Positions 52,004 through 64,000 of a stretch of 64,000 nt of DNA are shown in pieces. The translations under genes and the position numbers were made by a program. The notes under the pieces were generated by a model. The model was given only the letters and a program-made list of their open reading frames with translations. It did no database searches and was not told the origin of the DNA. Position 1 is the first letter of the stretch, and each line of letters begins with the position of its first letter. The stretch is from Pristiophorus japonicus (lineage: Eukaryota): NCBI RefSeq assembly GCF_044704955.1, contig NC_091987.1, positions 188,728,001 to 188,792,000 of the forward strand. Reading direction: 5' to 3'.

Positions 52004-53281
52004 TCACATGTGGGACAGCAGCTGCAGCGGCCTGGTTGCGCAACATTTAATCAACATAAACAAACAATATAAAAGTAAAATAATTACAACGAATAGAATT
52101 AAACCTTCCACCAATGAAGTTCCGATTGAACCTAGCCATTCAGTGGCTCTGCTCCACAAAGTGAATGATGGGGGTTGCTTAAGTTTTTCTACCTCCTTTT
52201 GGATATGCTCCGCTAAGTGAGTAATTTCTTCGGAGCAATCTGGGATATACGTGCAACACTCAGTTCCGAGTAGGGCGCAAGTACCTCCCTTTTCAGCCAG
52301 GATACAATCAAGGGCCAGTCTATTCTGTAGGGCTACTGTGCTCACCTGCGACCATTTCTGCATTGATTTTAACTAGGACCTCTGAGATATCATTGGCTAC
52401 CCATTCCACAAAGGATGCCATGTTAATGGATTCCCTTGCCAGTCTGGCGGTCCCATACCTGGCGATCAGAATGGCAAAGAACCTCTCTGTTTCTGTGATA
52501 GCTCTCTTAGGACGGTGTAAATGTTCCGACAGTGACTTTATATGATACATATAAGGCACAATGTAGGCTAAATAGCAGGATCCCATCCAATTCTGGGGCA
52601 GCCAAGGGTAGGCCTTGTGGCCACACACCCAATAGGTGCCATTATAGGCAATGAAGGTTAGCTGTTTCTTTGTCAGCAACACTCCGGGGCCTGTCCAGGC
52701 TTTTCCATCTGTTTTATTCAGAATCCCAGTTGCGTTAAAAACTTCCACATCGGCCCAGTTTGGACTGTTCCGCGGCTTGATTACATTATAATTCTGGGAG
52801 CAGTTACTATACCCCATATTTTGGCTTCCTTTGATGTTTCTAATCAGACAGACCGATTCCCCCGGTTTCCTATTCCCGTTGTATTAGTGATAACAAAAAA
52901 TGGGGGCCGTTTGGAATTATTGTAGCACGGTTGGTATCCCCCTACAAAGGTAGTCAGATTGTAACCTGCGGACTTCCATTTACATGCCCAGTTTTCCGTA
53001 TCCTGAAACGCATTGCCTGTTTTGTTTTGATTAATTATTCACTCAGCCATTTCCGAGATATTCAAGGGAATCCCTCCCTTTGAGTGAATAGGAATATGCG
53101 CACACACCCAACAACTAGAAATGTTACCTTGTTTGGTATAAATGTATGATATATATAAAAAGGTATTTACATGTAATTCCCTTGCTACCCTACTATTTCC
53201 CTTTGATGCAGAGGGTCGGCTAGTAAGAAGTAGGCCTATGCCTAGAATACCTACAATCAGTAATGCAGTAAATTTATACAT
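52004..53281 (-). pseudogene. env: ERV env, gamma-type (frameshifted)
   Basis: Signal peptide, CWVC, furin site RPKR, ISD LQNRLALD, CX6CC (CALLGTECC), membrane anchor. Confidence 0.93.
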
Positions 53282-53336
53282 TTTGGCAAAAAGTAATTGT
53301 CCTTATTAGATTTCAGCTTCAGTTACGGGTGCTCAT

Positions 53337-56300
53337 TTAACGTGTGAAGCGTGGATCCAGGCTTTCTTTCTTTGGACTTTAACAGCTGCCTGGGTGGTCA
53401 ATAAACTTGATAAGGTCCCTCCCACTTGGCACCCAAAGTTTCTTTATGCAACTTTTTCACATACACCCAGACTCCCGGGATAATGTCGTGTCCTCCTTCG
53501 GGTGGATTACCCCAAGCTGCCGATACCTGTCGGGAAACAGAACTAATAGCATTGGTTAGGTTCTGACAGTATGATAACAAAGTGTCACTCATTAAGTGAA
53601 CATCAGCTTTCCGTAAATCAATAGTTCCTGGCAGCGACATGGGTCTTCCTGTTATAATTTCAAATGGGCTTAGACCCGTAGTTCTGTTTGGGGTTGCCCT
53701 AATGCTACATAGCACTATTGGTAGTGCCTGGGGCCATGGTGTTCCTTCTTGGTGATATTTGGCAAGCCGTTGTTTCAGAGTTCGATTCGTTCGCTCTACT
53801 TGTCCTGATGATTGTGGATGATAAATCCCATGTAATGTTCAGTAACCTGCAGACTTCTTGGCAGACAGCACCTGTGAAGTGTGTTCCCTGATCTGAGTCA
53901 ATGCTACTCGGGACTCCCCATCGGGGAATGTAATCCTTACACAAGACCTTTGCAGTGTGATTGGCTGTGGCTCTTTTAGTTGGGACAGCTTCTACCCATC
54001 TGGAGAATCTGTCGACCATGACAAGAATGTTAGTGTATCCTTGGCATGAAGGAAGAGATATATAATCAACCTGCAGATGCTGGAATGGTCCGACAGGGGC
54101 AGGGGGCCTCAGTTGTGGCATTACCATGATGGGTCCAGAATTATTTTTCTGGCAGACCACACAGCGGTCTGCTACCAGCTGGGCATGTTTTTTAAATCCC
54201 CGACCCCACCAGCTTTTCTGGAACCGTGCCGTCATTTGTTGTGAGGCCAAGTGTCCCCACGAGTGGGTCTGTTGGGCTAAAAAAGGCATAAGCGCTTGTG
54301 GCGCGACTGGCTTGTCGCTAACTCTTTGTCTCCAGACACCATCTTCGCATAGCTTAATTCCTGCCTCAATCCAAGTCCATTTTTCCTCTCGGTAGCACTC
54401 GCCTTGCATTGTTTGAAGGTCTCGTGTCAGAGTCCTGAGTGCTTTCAATCTGCACACCTGTGTTGGTTCTTCTGGGGGAATGCCCTGTGAGGCGTCATCT
54501 TTAGCTGCCTGGTCGGCTAGGGCATTTTCCTGTGCTTCTGTGGTATTTTCCTTGGTATGGGCCTTACACTTCAGGATGGACACTTCCTGAGGTAATTGTA
54601 TGGCCTCTAGTAAGTCTCGGACTTCTTTTCCATTTCGGATAGTTGTACCAGCAGCAGTGAGGAATCCCCTTTTACGCCATAACAAACCAAAGTCGTGAGC
54701 GACTCCAAAAGCATAACGCGAATCTGTGTAGACATTAGCTGTCTGTCCTTCTGCTATTCGACATGCTTCTGACAGGGCCCGTAACTTGGCCTGTTGTGCT
54801 GACGTTCCTGAGGGTAAACATCCTTTTGCCACTACCTCATATAAGGTTGTAACTGCCCATCCTGCTTTTCTGGTACCATTGTCAACAAAGGAGGAACCAT
54901 CTGTAAACAGGATGAGGTCTGGGTTGTGCAGAGGCTCCTCTGCTGCTAAGGCTGCTTCTTCTGTTTCTTTTAAAATCTCCACGCAGTCATGCTCTTCACA
55001 TTCTCCCCCCTCTTGCTCCCTCGATTCTGACATCGGGAGCATAGTTGCGGGATTAACCGGGCTAGCCCGGAAGATATGGAGATTAGGAGCTTCCAAAACT
55101 GCTGTCCAGCGGGTCCATCTAGCTGTCGTCACCTGAGACATTCTTTTCAAAGACAGCAAAGCGTGTACGGTGTGGGGACACTTGACAATCAGCTTTTGGT
55201 CGAGGACTAGACCCGCAGTGATCATTACCGCTCGACATGTAGCTTCCATGGCCCTTAGGCAACTTCCCCATCCGAGGGCTACCGCATCCAGTTTTGCCGA
55301 ATAATAGCCAATAGGTCTTTGTCGATCCCCATGTTCTTGTGTCAGTATAGCTGTCATGTATCCTTCTTTCTCATGGACAAACAGGGTAAATGGCTTACCA
55401 CTGTCGGGGATTCCCAGAGCCGGTGCCGAACACGAAGCCTTTTTCAAACTCAGGAAGGCCTCTTGCTGTTCCTTAGTGAGGGTGATGGCTTCTTTAGAGG
55501 CACGTTTCCCCTTTAATATATTATTCAGTGGCTGAGCAAGCTGTGTGAAGGAGTCAATCCAATTTCTGTTAAAGTTACACAATCCCAAAAAAGACCTTAG
55601 TTCCTGAATAGTGGTGGGTTTTTTAGCAGCCCGAATGGCTGCAGTTCTATCCTGGGTAAGTTCTCTCTTTCCTTGTGAAATCTTTTGTCCCAGGTATACA
55701 ACCTCTTCTTGGGATATTTGTGCTTTGTCAATGCTGGCTTTATGTCCTTTCAGCCTAAGGTGGTCCAGCAAAGCACGTAAATTTTGTTCATGCTGTTCTT
55801 CCGTGTTTGAAGCTAGCAGGATATCGTCTACATATTGGATGACTGTGGATGACAGTGGAGGTAATTCTCGCAAATGGCTTTGTAAAGCCATTTGGAATAC
55901 CGTTGTGGAATCCCTGCGGCAACCGGGTCCAAGTATACTGTTGTCCTTGGACCGTGAAAGCAAACCACTGTCGAACCTCCGGTGCCAGAGGCACTGACCA
56001 AAATCCATTGGCCATATCTATAACCGAGAAATATTTATGTTCCGGTTTGAGCGCATTAAAAATGGTAGAGGGATCTGTGACCAAAGGAGCTTTTTGATCA
56101 ATACACTGGTTAGCTTTCCTATAATCGACAGTCAAACGCCAAGTCTCATTAGATTTCTGCACCGGCCACACGGGGCTATTGGAGGAGCTATGTGCTTTAA
56201 TAAGCACCCCTTGTTTCTCCAATTGTTGAATAACCAGTAAGATTCCTGCGATGGCAGTTGGACTGATGGGATACTGTTTAGTACATGGAGGCTTGGTCCC

Positions 56301-56761
56301 GGTAAATGACGCAGGCTCCATCTGGAGTAGGCCACAATCATTCTTATCTTTAGCCCATATCGGATGTTCCTTCAATTCTTCTTTCTTCAAAGTTCTAATT
56401 GACTATGTCACCCGATCATCCTCGAAATGCAATGATGAATCTACTTGGATTAGAATGTCCATTCCCAAAAGGGGTTGATCTACTGGGCCTCTCCAGACCG
56501 GCGTGGTTAGTTCATGTGGACCCAGCCCTATAAGTACCTTTTAATTTCCATTTTATGGCCCCCAACTCAATAGGCTGTATGTGCCCTACCATCCAACGAC
56601 AAAAAGTCTCCATATTGTAGGGGTAAGCATGTTAATTCCGCCCCTGTGTCTAAAAGACAGTCCACATCCTTATCGCCCACCCTCACAGTTATATATAGCC
56701 CATCTCCCCTTTGTTGTATTAGTGCGAGGAGGGGGGCCAGGATGGGCTCTAATCGTTTTTT
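53337..56761 (-). pseudogene. pol: ERV pro-pol (several frameshifts)
   Basis: PR LLDTGAE; RT WTRLPQGFHN and YVDD; RNase H FTDGSS and YTDSRYAF; IN HHCC, LQVDY, SDQGTHF, GPY. Confidence 0.95.
56695..56761 (-). promoter_or_regulatory. Putative -1 ribosomal frameshift signal at the gag/pro junction
   Basis: A_AAA_AAC in the gag frame, 6-nt spacer, stem AGCCCATC...GATGGGCT; the -1 frame is open into LLDTGAE. Confidence 0.8.
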
Positions 56762-58295
56762 GCTATCCCAAGTAACTCCTTCTGTTGTTGTATTGTCAGT
56801 CGCTTGAATGCTTCTATGAGGTCATTATCTTGTGACAAGCCTGGTTTGTTGGTTGAATTGTATCCCTGGCTGCATCCTCTTCCCCGGCCGCGACCTTGCT
56901 GTTTTGCCCTGCACATCTTGGCCCAGTGACCTTCTTTCCCACAATAATAAAATTTTCCGGGTAATTTTCCTAATAACTGTTTATCGGACACCTGGGATTT
57001 CCATCCCACAGCCTGTACAGCACGGACTTTAGCTCCCATATCCCGATCTAATTGGTTACATCGATCCACCAATGCTGCAAAGGTAGTTCCTCTACCTTTC
57101 CAGTCCGGTAACACTACCTTAAGCATTTTGGACAGTTCTGGCTTTAGACCTGCCATGAAAGCTGCTTTCAGGGGTCCAAACACTTGTTCATCCATTTCCT
57201 CATCCGTATTATTCATACCCGAATGTTCTAGCCATGTGCATCTAAACCGCTCGTCATACTCCAGGACCTCCTCTGTTCCTTTCTGTTGGCAGGCTGCAAT
57301 TTTTCCCCAGTCTGTCTTAGCTGGACTGAAGGCTTGCAGCCAGTGTTTAATCGCCTCCCATCCTGCATCTAATTCTTGCTCATCCTGCCCCAAAGCTTCT
57401 TCTACCTTGTCGTGCAATTTTCTTCCCTGTGTTTTTGGCACCATTATGGTCAAAATTTGCACTCCGTCCCAGGGGTGAAGTTGATATATATTTCTTAAAC
57501 GGTCCAATTGGTCCCACGTTTTTACTCCCCCTTTCTTTGGATTGGGCAATTCCTTGGACCATTTATCAATTTTCTCTGGGTCTGCCGGATCGTGAACTAA
57601 GTATTCTGCATCCTTTTCCTCGTTTTTTTGGTTCCGCCCTTATCCGCAGTCTCTTCTGATTTGACTACAACTCGTCTTTTTTTAAACGGGGCAAAGCGCA
57701 CCCCTAATTCTTCATCCTCCGACCCTGTATTGTCAGAGGATTCAGAATCCGTATCTATTCCTTGGTCGTGTCTTCGAGTTTGCGCTTTCAATTTATCCAG
57801 ACATAGGTACCTTGGGAATCGACCGATACATTTTCCTTTTCCTATTACTGTCTCTTTACCTAATGATATTTTTCCATTCTTTAATTTCACCTTTAAGATC
57901 TTTAACTTCTGCTTCCGACTTTTCAAGTTCAAGTTTTTTCTGTTGCAGCTCTGCACAAACTTTGTACTGGTCAGTTCTCGATCATGCTGGGAACGCATTA
58001 TAATTTCATTCCACTTTCCGATCAGTCCCATAATGGCGAGGGACCATCTAGTTCGCTCTTTATTTTTCATACGGGTCGTTTTTCCCCAGATCCTTTTAAT
58101 CTCATCCAAGGACCATTGTCCTTTGGAGGTACCGTATTTTTGTTCGATCTTAATACAGGTTTTAGATAAGTTGAATTGTTGCTCTATATATTCTTTCAAC
58201 TGTTGGAGGATTTCATCTATCGAAACCTCAGGTGGTGCCTGCCCACCTTTAACAGTTGTAGGCAATTCTTTGCTCGTATCTCCTGCTGCCATCAT
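56749..58295 (-). pseudogene. gag: ERV gag (frameshifted)
   Basis: Capsid-like KTDWGKIAACQQKGTEEVLEYDERF; zinc knuckle (F)YYCGKEGHWAKMC with the first Cys lost. Confidence 0.88.
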
Positions 58296-59377
58296 ACTGA
58301 TTTCTTTACTGGGGTCTCGAGTTGTAGGCTTTCCAGCCGATCAGTGGGTCGGTGATTAATTAACTAACACACCGCCAAAGTTAGACGTCTATGGGACCTC
58401 AAGCCGACTACCAACCGGAGGGTTCGCAAACCGGAGGCTTTCGGAATCGCGTAGAAGGAGAGGCGGATTTAGACTTTTGACCGAGGACTTTTATAAAGAG
58501 GAGTCCTTACCTCAGTATGTTGGTCCGATGTCCAAAATTCAGTTTCTTCCCTCAGGGATCGTGTTCGTGACGCCAAAATTGTTAGATCTCTTAATTTCCA
58601 ATGAAATATGAACTTCGATTGTAGTTTTAATGTAACTTTATTCTGACAGCAGCAACAAGCTTCTGGCTTTAAGCCAGGCCTTTGTCCTTCTGAGACCACA
58701 TGGCCAAAATGGCTGTACTTATACCTGGTTCAATTTACAGAAAAGAACTCGCCTTCTTTGACCTTATTGGCTCAATTGATAGTCTTTTAACCTTTAATTG
58801 GCTCGCTACCCAAGGTCCTAAAATGTCAAGTTGATTAATGACTTAATGCAACATGCTGAGTTGCACGTAGCAGCTTTGACTTGGGGTCTGTGCATTTTCA
58901 AAACTGCAGCCAGGCTGCAGAGCTTGAATTCTCTATCAGATAGATTCATATTTTGGCCTGGATTTTTCTGACATCAATGGTATAATGGTGGGATAGGACT
59001 TCTAGCAGCCTATGAGACTCTGCCAGCACCTGACGACATTTTCCTTGGACAGGGTCCTCATTTAATATTCAGGGCGTGATTTCAGTGAGCATCCCGCTTC
59101 TGATTGTGTCTTTGCTTCAGGGAAGGCTGCAAATCATGGCAAGGCTGCAGCAGTGAGTAAGCTACCTGCAGCTGAAATGGCCAGAAAAGGGGAGTGGAGG
59201 GGGAGGAGGGAGAGAATGGCGGACTTGAACATTAACGGGGTCGGCAGAAAGAAGAGGGCCATTTTGTGGCTCCACAATGACCAAGGCCCCAAGATTCTTG
59301 GAAGCTGCCGTGGAGATAATGCTGGCCGAGATAAGGGCCGGAAAACAGGAAGTTATGCCTCAATAAAAGGATGTGTA

Positions 59378-61543
59378 GGACGTTTGAGGTGGTGGCGGGT
59401 CGCATGCTGTGGGATGGAGTCAAGAACACTCGAGTCAAAGGCAGAGTCTTGGTTGAGGAGATCTTCGAAGTGCTCCTTCCAGCAAGCCCTGAATGCCTCG
59501 GTGTCCTTGATGAGTGTTTCCCCATTCTTGGTCAGCAGTGGGGTGGGGCCTTGGCAGTTTGGACCGTAGGTGGCCTTGGCTGCGATGAAGAATCCTTGCA
59601 TGTCATGGCTGTCGGCCAGTTATTGTATCTCCTGTGCTTTTTCCATCCACCACCTGTTCTTTAGGTTCCAGTTTTTTTGTTGGACCTCAGCCTTGAGCCA
59701 CCTGTAATGTTGCTTTGCTGCTCCTGAGTTGGATTGTCGCTTGAAGCTCAGAAATGCTCTGTGTTTGTGATCCATTAGTTCTTGGATCTCCTGATCATTC
59801 TCATCAAACCAGTCCTGGTATTTACTGGTTGAGTGACCAAATGTCTCTTCGCAGGCACTGGTTATGGGGGCCTGGAGGGCAGACCAAGCGCTGTGGGCAT
59901 TCTGCCTCTCAGGGTCATCAAGGCATGTCACGTTAGCTGTGAGGTGCTGGCTATATAGGGCTCTCTTAGCTGGGTCTTTAAGTGCCCCGGCACTGACTTT
60001 TTTGCGGCAGTGCTTCTGCTGTCCCCTCTGCTTTGGGGCTATGTTAATGTCGATGATGGATCGAATTAGGCGGTGGTCCGTCCATCAGTCGTCAGCTCCT
60101 GTCATGGCGCAGGTGATGCGCACATCCTTGCGATCCCTGGCTCGGACGATGATATAGTCGAGCAGGTGCCAGTTTGGAGCGAGCCTTATATTTGTCACTC
60201 TGGCGGAACAGGGTGTTGGTGATGAGAAGTTATGTTCTAGACATTTTGTCAGGAGTAGGGTACCGCTGGAGTTGGCTTTCCTTACCCCCTCTCTGCCAAT
60301 CATTCCTCCCCAGAGGTCTGTGCCTTTGCCGACCCTGGCGTTGAAGTCACCTAGGAGGACCAGTTTGTCGCCCGCGGGGACGCGGAACAGGGATGTTTTG
60401 AGGTTGGAATAAAAACCCTCTTTGGTCTCATCCGTTGCAGCGAGACTAAACTACAGAACCAGTGTGAAGCTGTTTAACCTTTGCCACCTCCAGGCCAAGT
60501 CCAAGACCACCCCAACCTCTGCCGTCAAGCTACAGTATGCGGACGATGCCTGCATCTGTGCACATTCAGAGGCTGAACTCCAGGATATAGTCGACATATT
60601 TACTGAGGCATATGAAAGCATCAGCCTTACGCTAAAAATCCACAAGACAAAAGGTCCTCCACCAGCCTGTCCTCGCCGCACAGCACTTCGCCCCCTCGTC
60701 ATCAAGATCCATGGCGCGGCCCTGGAAAATGTGGACCATTTCCCATACCTCGGGAGCCTCTTATCAACAAAAGCAGACATTGATTAGGAGATTCAACACC
60801 ATCTCCAGTGCGCCAGTGCAGCCTTCGGCCGCCTGAGGAAAAAGGTGTTCGAAGACCAGGCCCTCAAATCTACCACCAAGCTCATGGTCTATAGGGCTGT
60901 AGTAATACCCACCCTCCTGTATGGCTCAGAGGCACGGACCATGTACAGTAGACACCTCAAGTCGCTGGAGAATTACCATCAAAGATGCCTCCGCAAGATC
61001 CTACAAATCCCCTGGGAAGACAGATGTATCAACATTAGCGACCTTGACCAGGCCAACATCTCCAGCATTGAAGCACTGACGACACTTGATCTGCTCCGCT
61101 GGGCAGGCCACATTGTCCGCATGCCAGACACGAGACTTCCAAAGCAAGCGCTCTACTTGGAACTCCTTCATGGCAAACGAGCCAAAGGTGGACAGAGGAA
61201 ACGTTACAAGGACACCCTCAAAATCTCCCTGATAAAGTGCGGCATCCCCACCGACACCTGGGAGTCCCTGGCCAAAGACCGCCCTGAGTGGAGGAAGTGC
61301 ATCTGGGAGAGCGCTGAGTGCCCTGAGTCTCATCGCCGAGTGCATGCAAAAATAACAAGCGCAGGCAGCGGAAGGAGCATGCGGCAAACCTGTCCCACCC
61401 ACCCCTTCCCTCAACGACTGTCTGTCCCACCTGTGACAGGGACTGTGGCTCTCATATTGGACTGTTTAGCCACCTAAGGACTCATTCTAAGAGTGGAAGC
61501 AAGTCTTCCTCGATTCCGAAGGACTGCCTATGATGATGATGAG
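59378..61543. mobile_element. RTE LINE with inverted 5' part (- 59378-60440; + 60445-61543)
   Basis: Endonuclease/linker motifs (LGDFNA, HLLDYIIVR, DWFDEND) on -; YADD, C-terminus and (TGA)n tail on +. Confidence 0.88.
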
Positions 61544-62076
61544 GACTTCTGAAGAGAAGTGGCACTGGTGGTCAATGCCAGTGTCTAGAACTCTAGAACC
61601 CCCACGGCAGCTATTCAATGCCGTAAACTTCTTAATGGCCTCATCAGGCTGGCCAATCCAAATGAAGGCATGAGTGCTGATAGAGATGCTGAGGTGTTGC
61701 TGGAAGCATGACTCACCTCCTTACTACCCAGGACCACATAGTGTGAGGGAAGAAATGAATGATACCCTTACTAGGCACAAGATTCAACCACCATTCCACT
61801 CATAGTTACATCTCCTCCCCTTCCATTCCACCATTCCATATCACATTTACTACAATGTTTGAGTTGGAAATGAAGATATATTCTGTACCTGATCGCATGT
61901 TCACAAGGGAATGTCTACAGAAATTTGAAGACAGCAGGAAGAGGAGTGGTCCCCCTAGCTCCATATAATGCCGTGGGCTGCTTTAAGATTCTTAAAGGTT
62001 GTACTCCTGTAACATAGAAGGCAAATTGGTAGCAAACTACAAGAATTATCTGGCGACAGTTCTTCCTCAAACTCTT

Positions 62077-62456
62077 GGGGACCGAAAATGCCCTGTTCTG
62101 CACCTCCCATTAGTGCCTCCGGGGGTGCTAATGGGGCACAAAGCTATTTTTGCCCGGCAAGGGTGGGGGGCTACCAGCTCCTGTGAAATTGTATGGGAAT
62201 GAGTGGAGGCACGAACATGGTAGCGCCGCGCACCGCTAATAGTGCGCTGGGCCACCTCGCCTCCAGCGATGTCATCATTGCTGTACACAGTGGAAATTGC
62301 CTAGTGCCCGTAAGCTGCCGTGAGAGGTGTCAGCGCCAGCCTTGAGGGTCGCGAACCGGGCCAACTACCGCTCCCGGAGTGGAAGTTAAAGGGGAGGTGT
62401 GCTGCGCGCCGGCAATTTTTGGGCTCGAAATTGGGTGTGAATCAAATTCTAGGCCC
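62077..62456. mobile_element. Harbinger-type MITE
   Basis: Imperfect TIR GGGGACCGAAAAT...AATTCTAGGCCC; similar to 7278 and 63075. Confidence 0.55.
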
Positions 62457-63074
62457 TTTTTTTAAGGAAGGTCCAAGCCATTCTGTTTGAGCATTGGCCC
62501 ACAACTATCGAGAGCTCATTACTCTGCCGGGTACTTGGCCTCGAGCCCACTGCTGTGTGCAATATCCCCGCCAGAAAACATTAAGAATTGCGTCAATGAC
62601 AGCTGCTGCTGCAGATGGCCAGTAAATTTCATTGTTAATAATTAATGATTCACAACCTCTAAACCACAGTATATTTTATTTAACTTTTACATATGTTCTT
62701 CTTTATGTTCCCACCAATTAAGGGGACATATAGATGGTTGATTCCTTGAGATTCACTTCAAAGATTACTGAGAGCCTCCAGATTGTATTAAACCCTCAAA
62801 ATGTTAAAAGTATCAAGCTGATAACATTAATTGAGTCAAATGGAGTTGCATGTCTCTTGCGCGGCCTATCTATGCGGCAACTTCTTAATTGGTTCCAATT
62901 TACCATTAAAACTCTGCAGAAATTATGATATTATGAGCTGTCTTTCCCCAGTTTTATCATTGCCTTTTGGTTGTATTTAAGCATGAAGTATTCATGTTGC
63001 GGTTTTCCATATTATGCCATTTGCTCATGAGCACTGAGCCTATCTCTTTTTATATGGTATGCATTTGAGATTAT

Positions 63075-63911
63075 GGGGCCAAAATTGCCCCTCTGAGAAA
63101 GCCTGTTAGCACCTCCGGGAGGCGCTAAAGGGATTTTGCATGGGCGCGGTGGCCAGAGCGCCCCCCCCCACCCCCACCCCCCCTCCCCGAATTGCCCCCG
63201 GTGCTCGGTGCGCGAAAGGGATTTTGCACCACATCCTGCGATTAGTGGCTCAGGGGAACAAAGACTGTTTGACTGGCTGGGGCAGTTGGAGGTAGGAAAT
63301 CATGTGATGAAACCTCCAGGTTTATGTTCAATTAGAGTTGGCAACTCTCCATAATACTGATGTACTGTGTCATCTCCTCCCCCACAGGGTCAGCCAGCAA
63401 GTCTTTGGAGCTGTGCTAGCTGCCAACCTGAAAATCTACTGAAGAGTCAGCAAGCACAAAGTCAGCACCTTTGGTGAAATGTACTTTCCTTCGATGCGGG
63501 GCTGCCAGAATCCTCGACTCCCCACTGTGGGTGCTAAGAGAGCATGAGAAACTGCTTTTGCCCGGGGGTGGGGGGAGGGGCGCTACTGGCTCCTGCGAAA
63601 TTGCGCAGGAGTTAGCGGAGGCACTGACACGGTGGTGCCGCGGGCCGCCGCAGAACCAGCGATGATGTCATCGCCGTGTGCGGCAACCCTTTAGCGGCCC
63701 AAGGCAATTCCTTTCCGCCCCGCGGCGGAAATTGGCCAGCACCCGTGAGGCTGCCGCGAGCATTGCCGGTGGCAACCTCGGGGGTCGCGAACCGAGCTGA
63801 CCTCTGCTCCTGGGGCGGAACTAAAGGGGAGGTGCGCTGTGCAGGAAGTCCTGTCCTGGCTCGATTACCACCCCCTCCCCCCCCACTCGGGGTGCTGGGG
63901 AATTTCGCCCC
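63075..63911. mobile_element. Harbinger-type MITE
   Basis: TIR GGGGCCAAAATTGCCCC...GGGGAATTTCGCCCC. Confidence 0.65.
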
Positions 63912-64000
63912 CTGCGTCTGGTCTTCATTTTCTTTGATAGCTTTTGTTTATAAGTTAGAAAAATATCGGAGATGGGATTAAAGGCTGTTTGACTGGGTGG

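Larger units (their letters stand above)
51311..58938 (-). mobile_element. Endogenous retrovirus provirus (LTR-gag-pro/pol-env-LTR), 5-bp TSD GATAG
   Basis: Two 359-bp TG...CA LTRs (58580-58938, 51311-51669; about 12 differences by eye). PBS TGGCGTCACGAACA, PPT AAAGGGTGGA, GATAG at 51306-51310 and 58939-58943. Confidence 0.97.

Noticed and set aside
61555-61660. Myb/SANT-like remnant (QCRKLLNGLIR) after the RTE tail
   Set aside because: Too short and decayed to delimit as a feature.
1-64000. Prokaryotic systems (CRISPR arrays, operons), rRNA or true tRNA genes
   Set aside because: Intron-containing vertebrate DNA with no regularly spaced repeat-spacer array; tRNA-like bits are SINE heads or primer-binding sites.

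Overview
Vertebrate genomic DNA, very probably from a cartilaginous fish. The basis for that call is the CR1/HER1-type LINE tails with (ACATAAGA)n/(TTCTATGT)n, together with RTE, L2, Penelope and GC-rich Harbinger elements. I found one host gene, a 7-exon minus-strand immunoglobulin-superfamily receptor (CDS 21423 to 2054, 399 aa as reconstructed). Its architecture is signal peptide, germline-joined VJ-type V domain, C1 domain, C2/I domain, a transmembrane helix carrying an Arg, and a short tail with a CxC motif. The rest is transposon-rich. There is a full-length but decayed endogenous retrovirus (51311-58938) with a 5-bp TSD, a -1 frameshift signal at gag/pro and a gamma-type env. An internally deleted Gypsy element (46925-51021) is flanked by a 190-bp direct duplication. 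Also present are two solo LTRs, many CR1/RTE/L2 fragments, Penelope remnants with minimal hammerhead ribozyme motifs, PIF/Harbinger remnants and MITEs, and a ~6-kb partly N-masked C/T tract. All calls come from reading the sequence by eye; no searches were run, and repeat boundaries are approximate unless a TSD or TIR is quoted.
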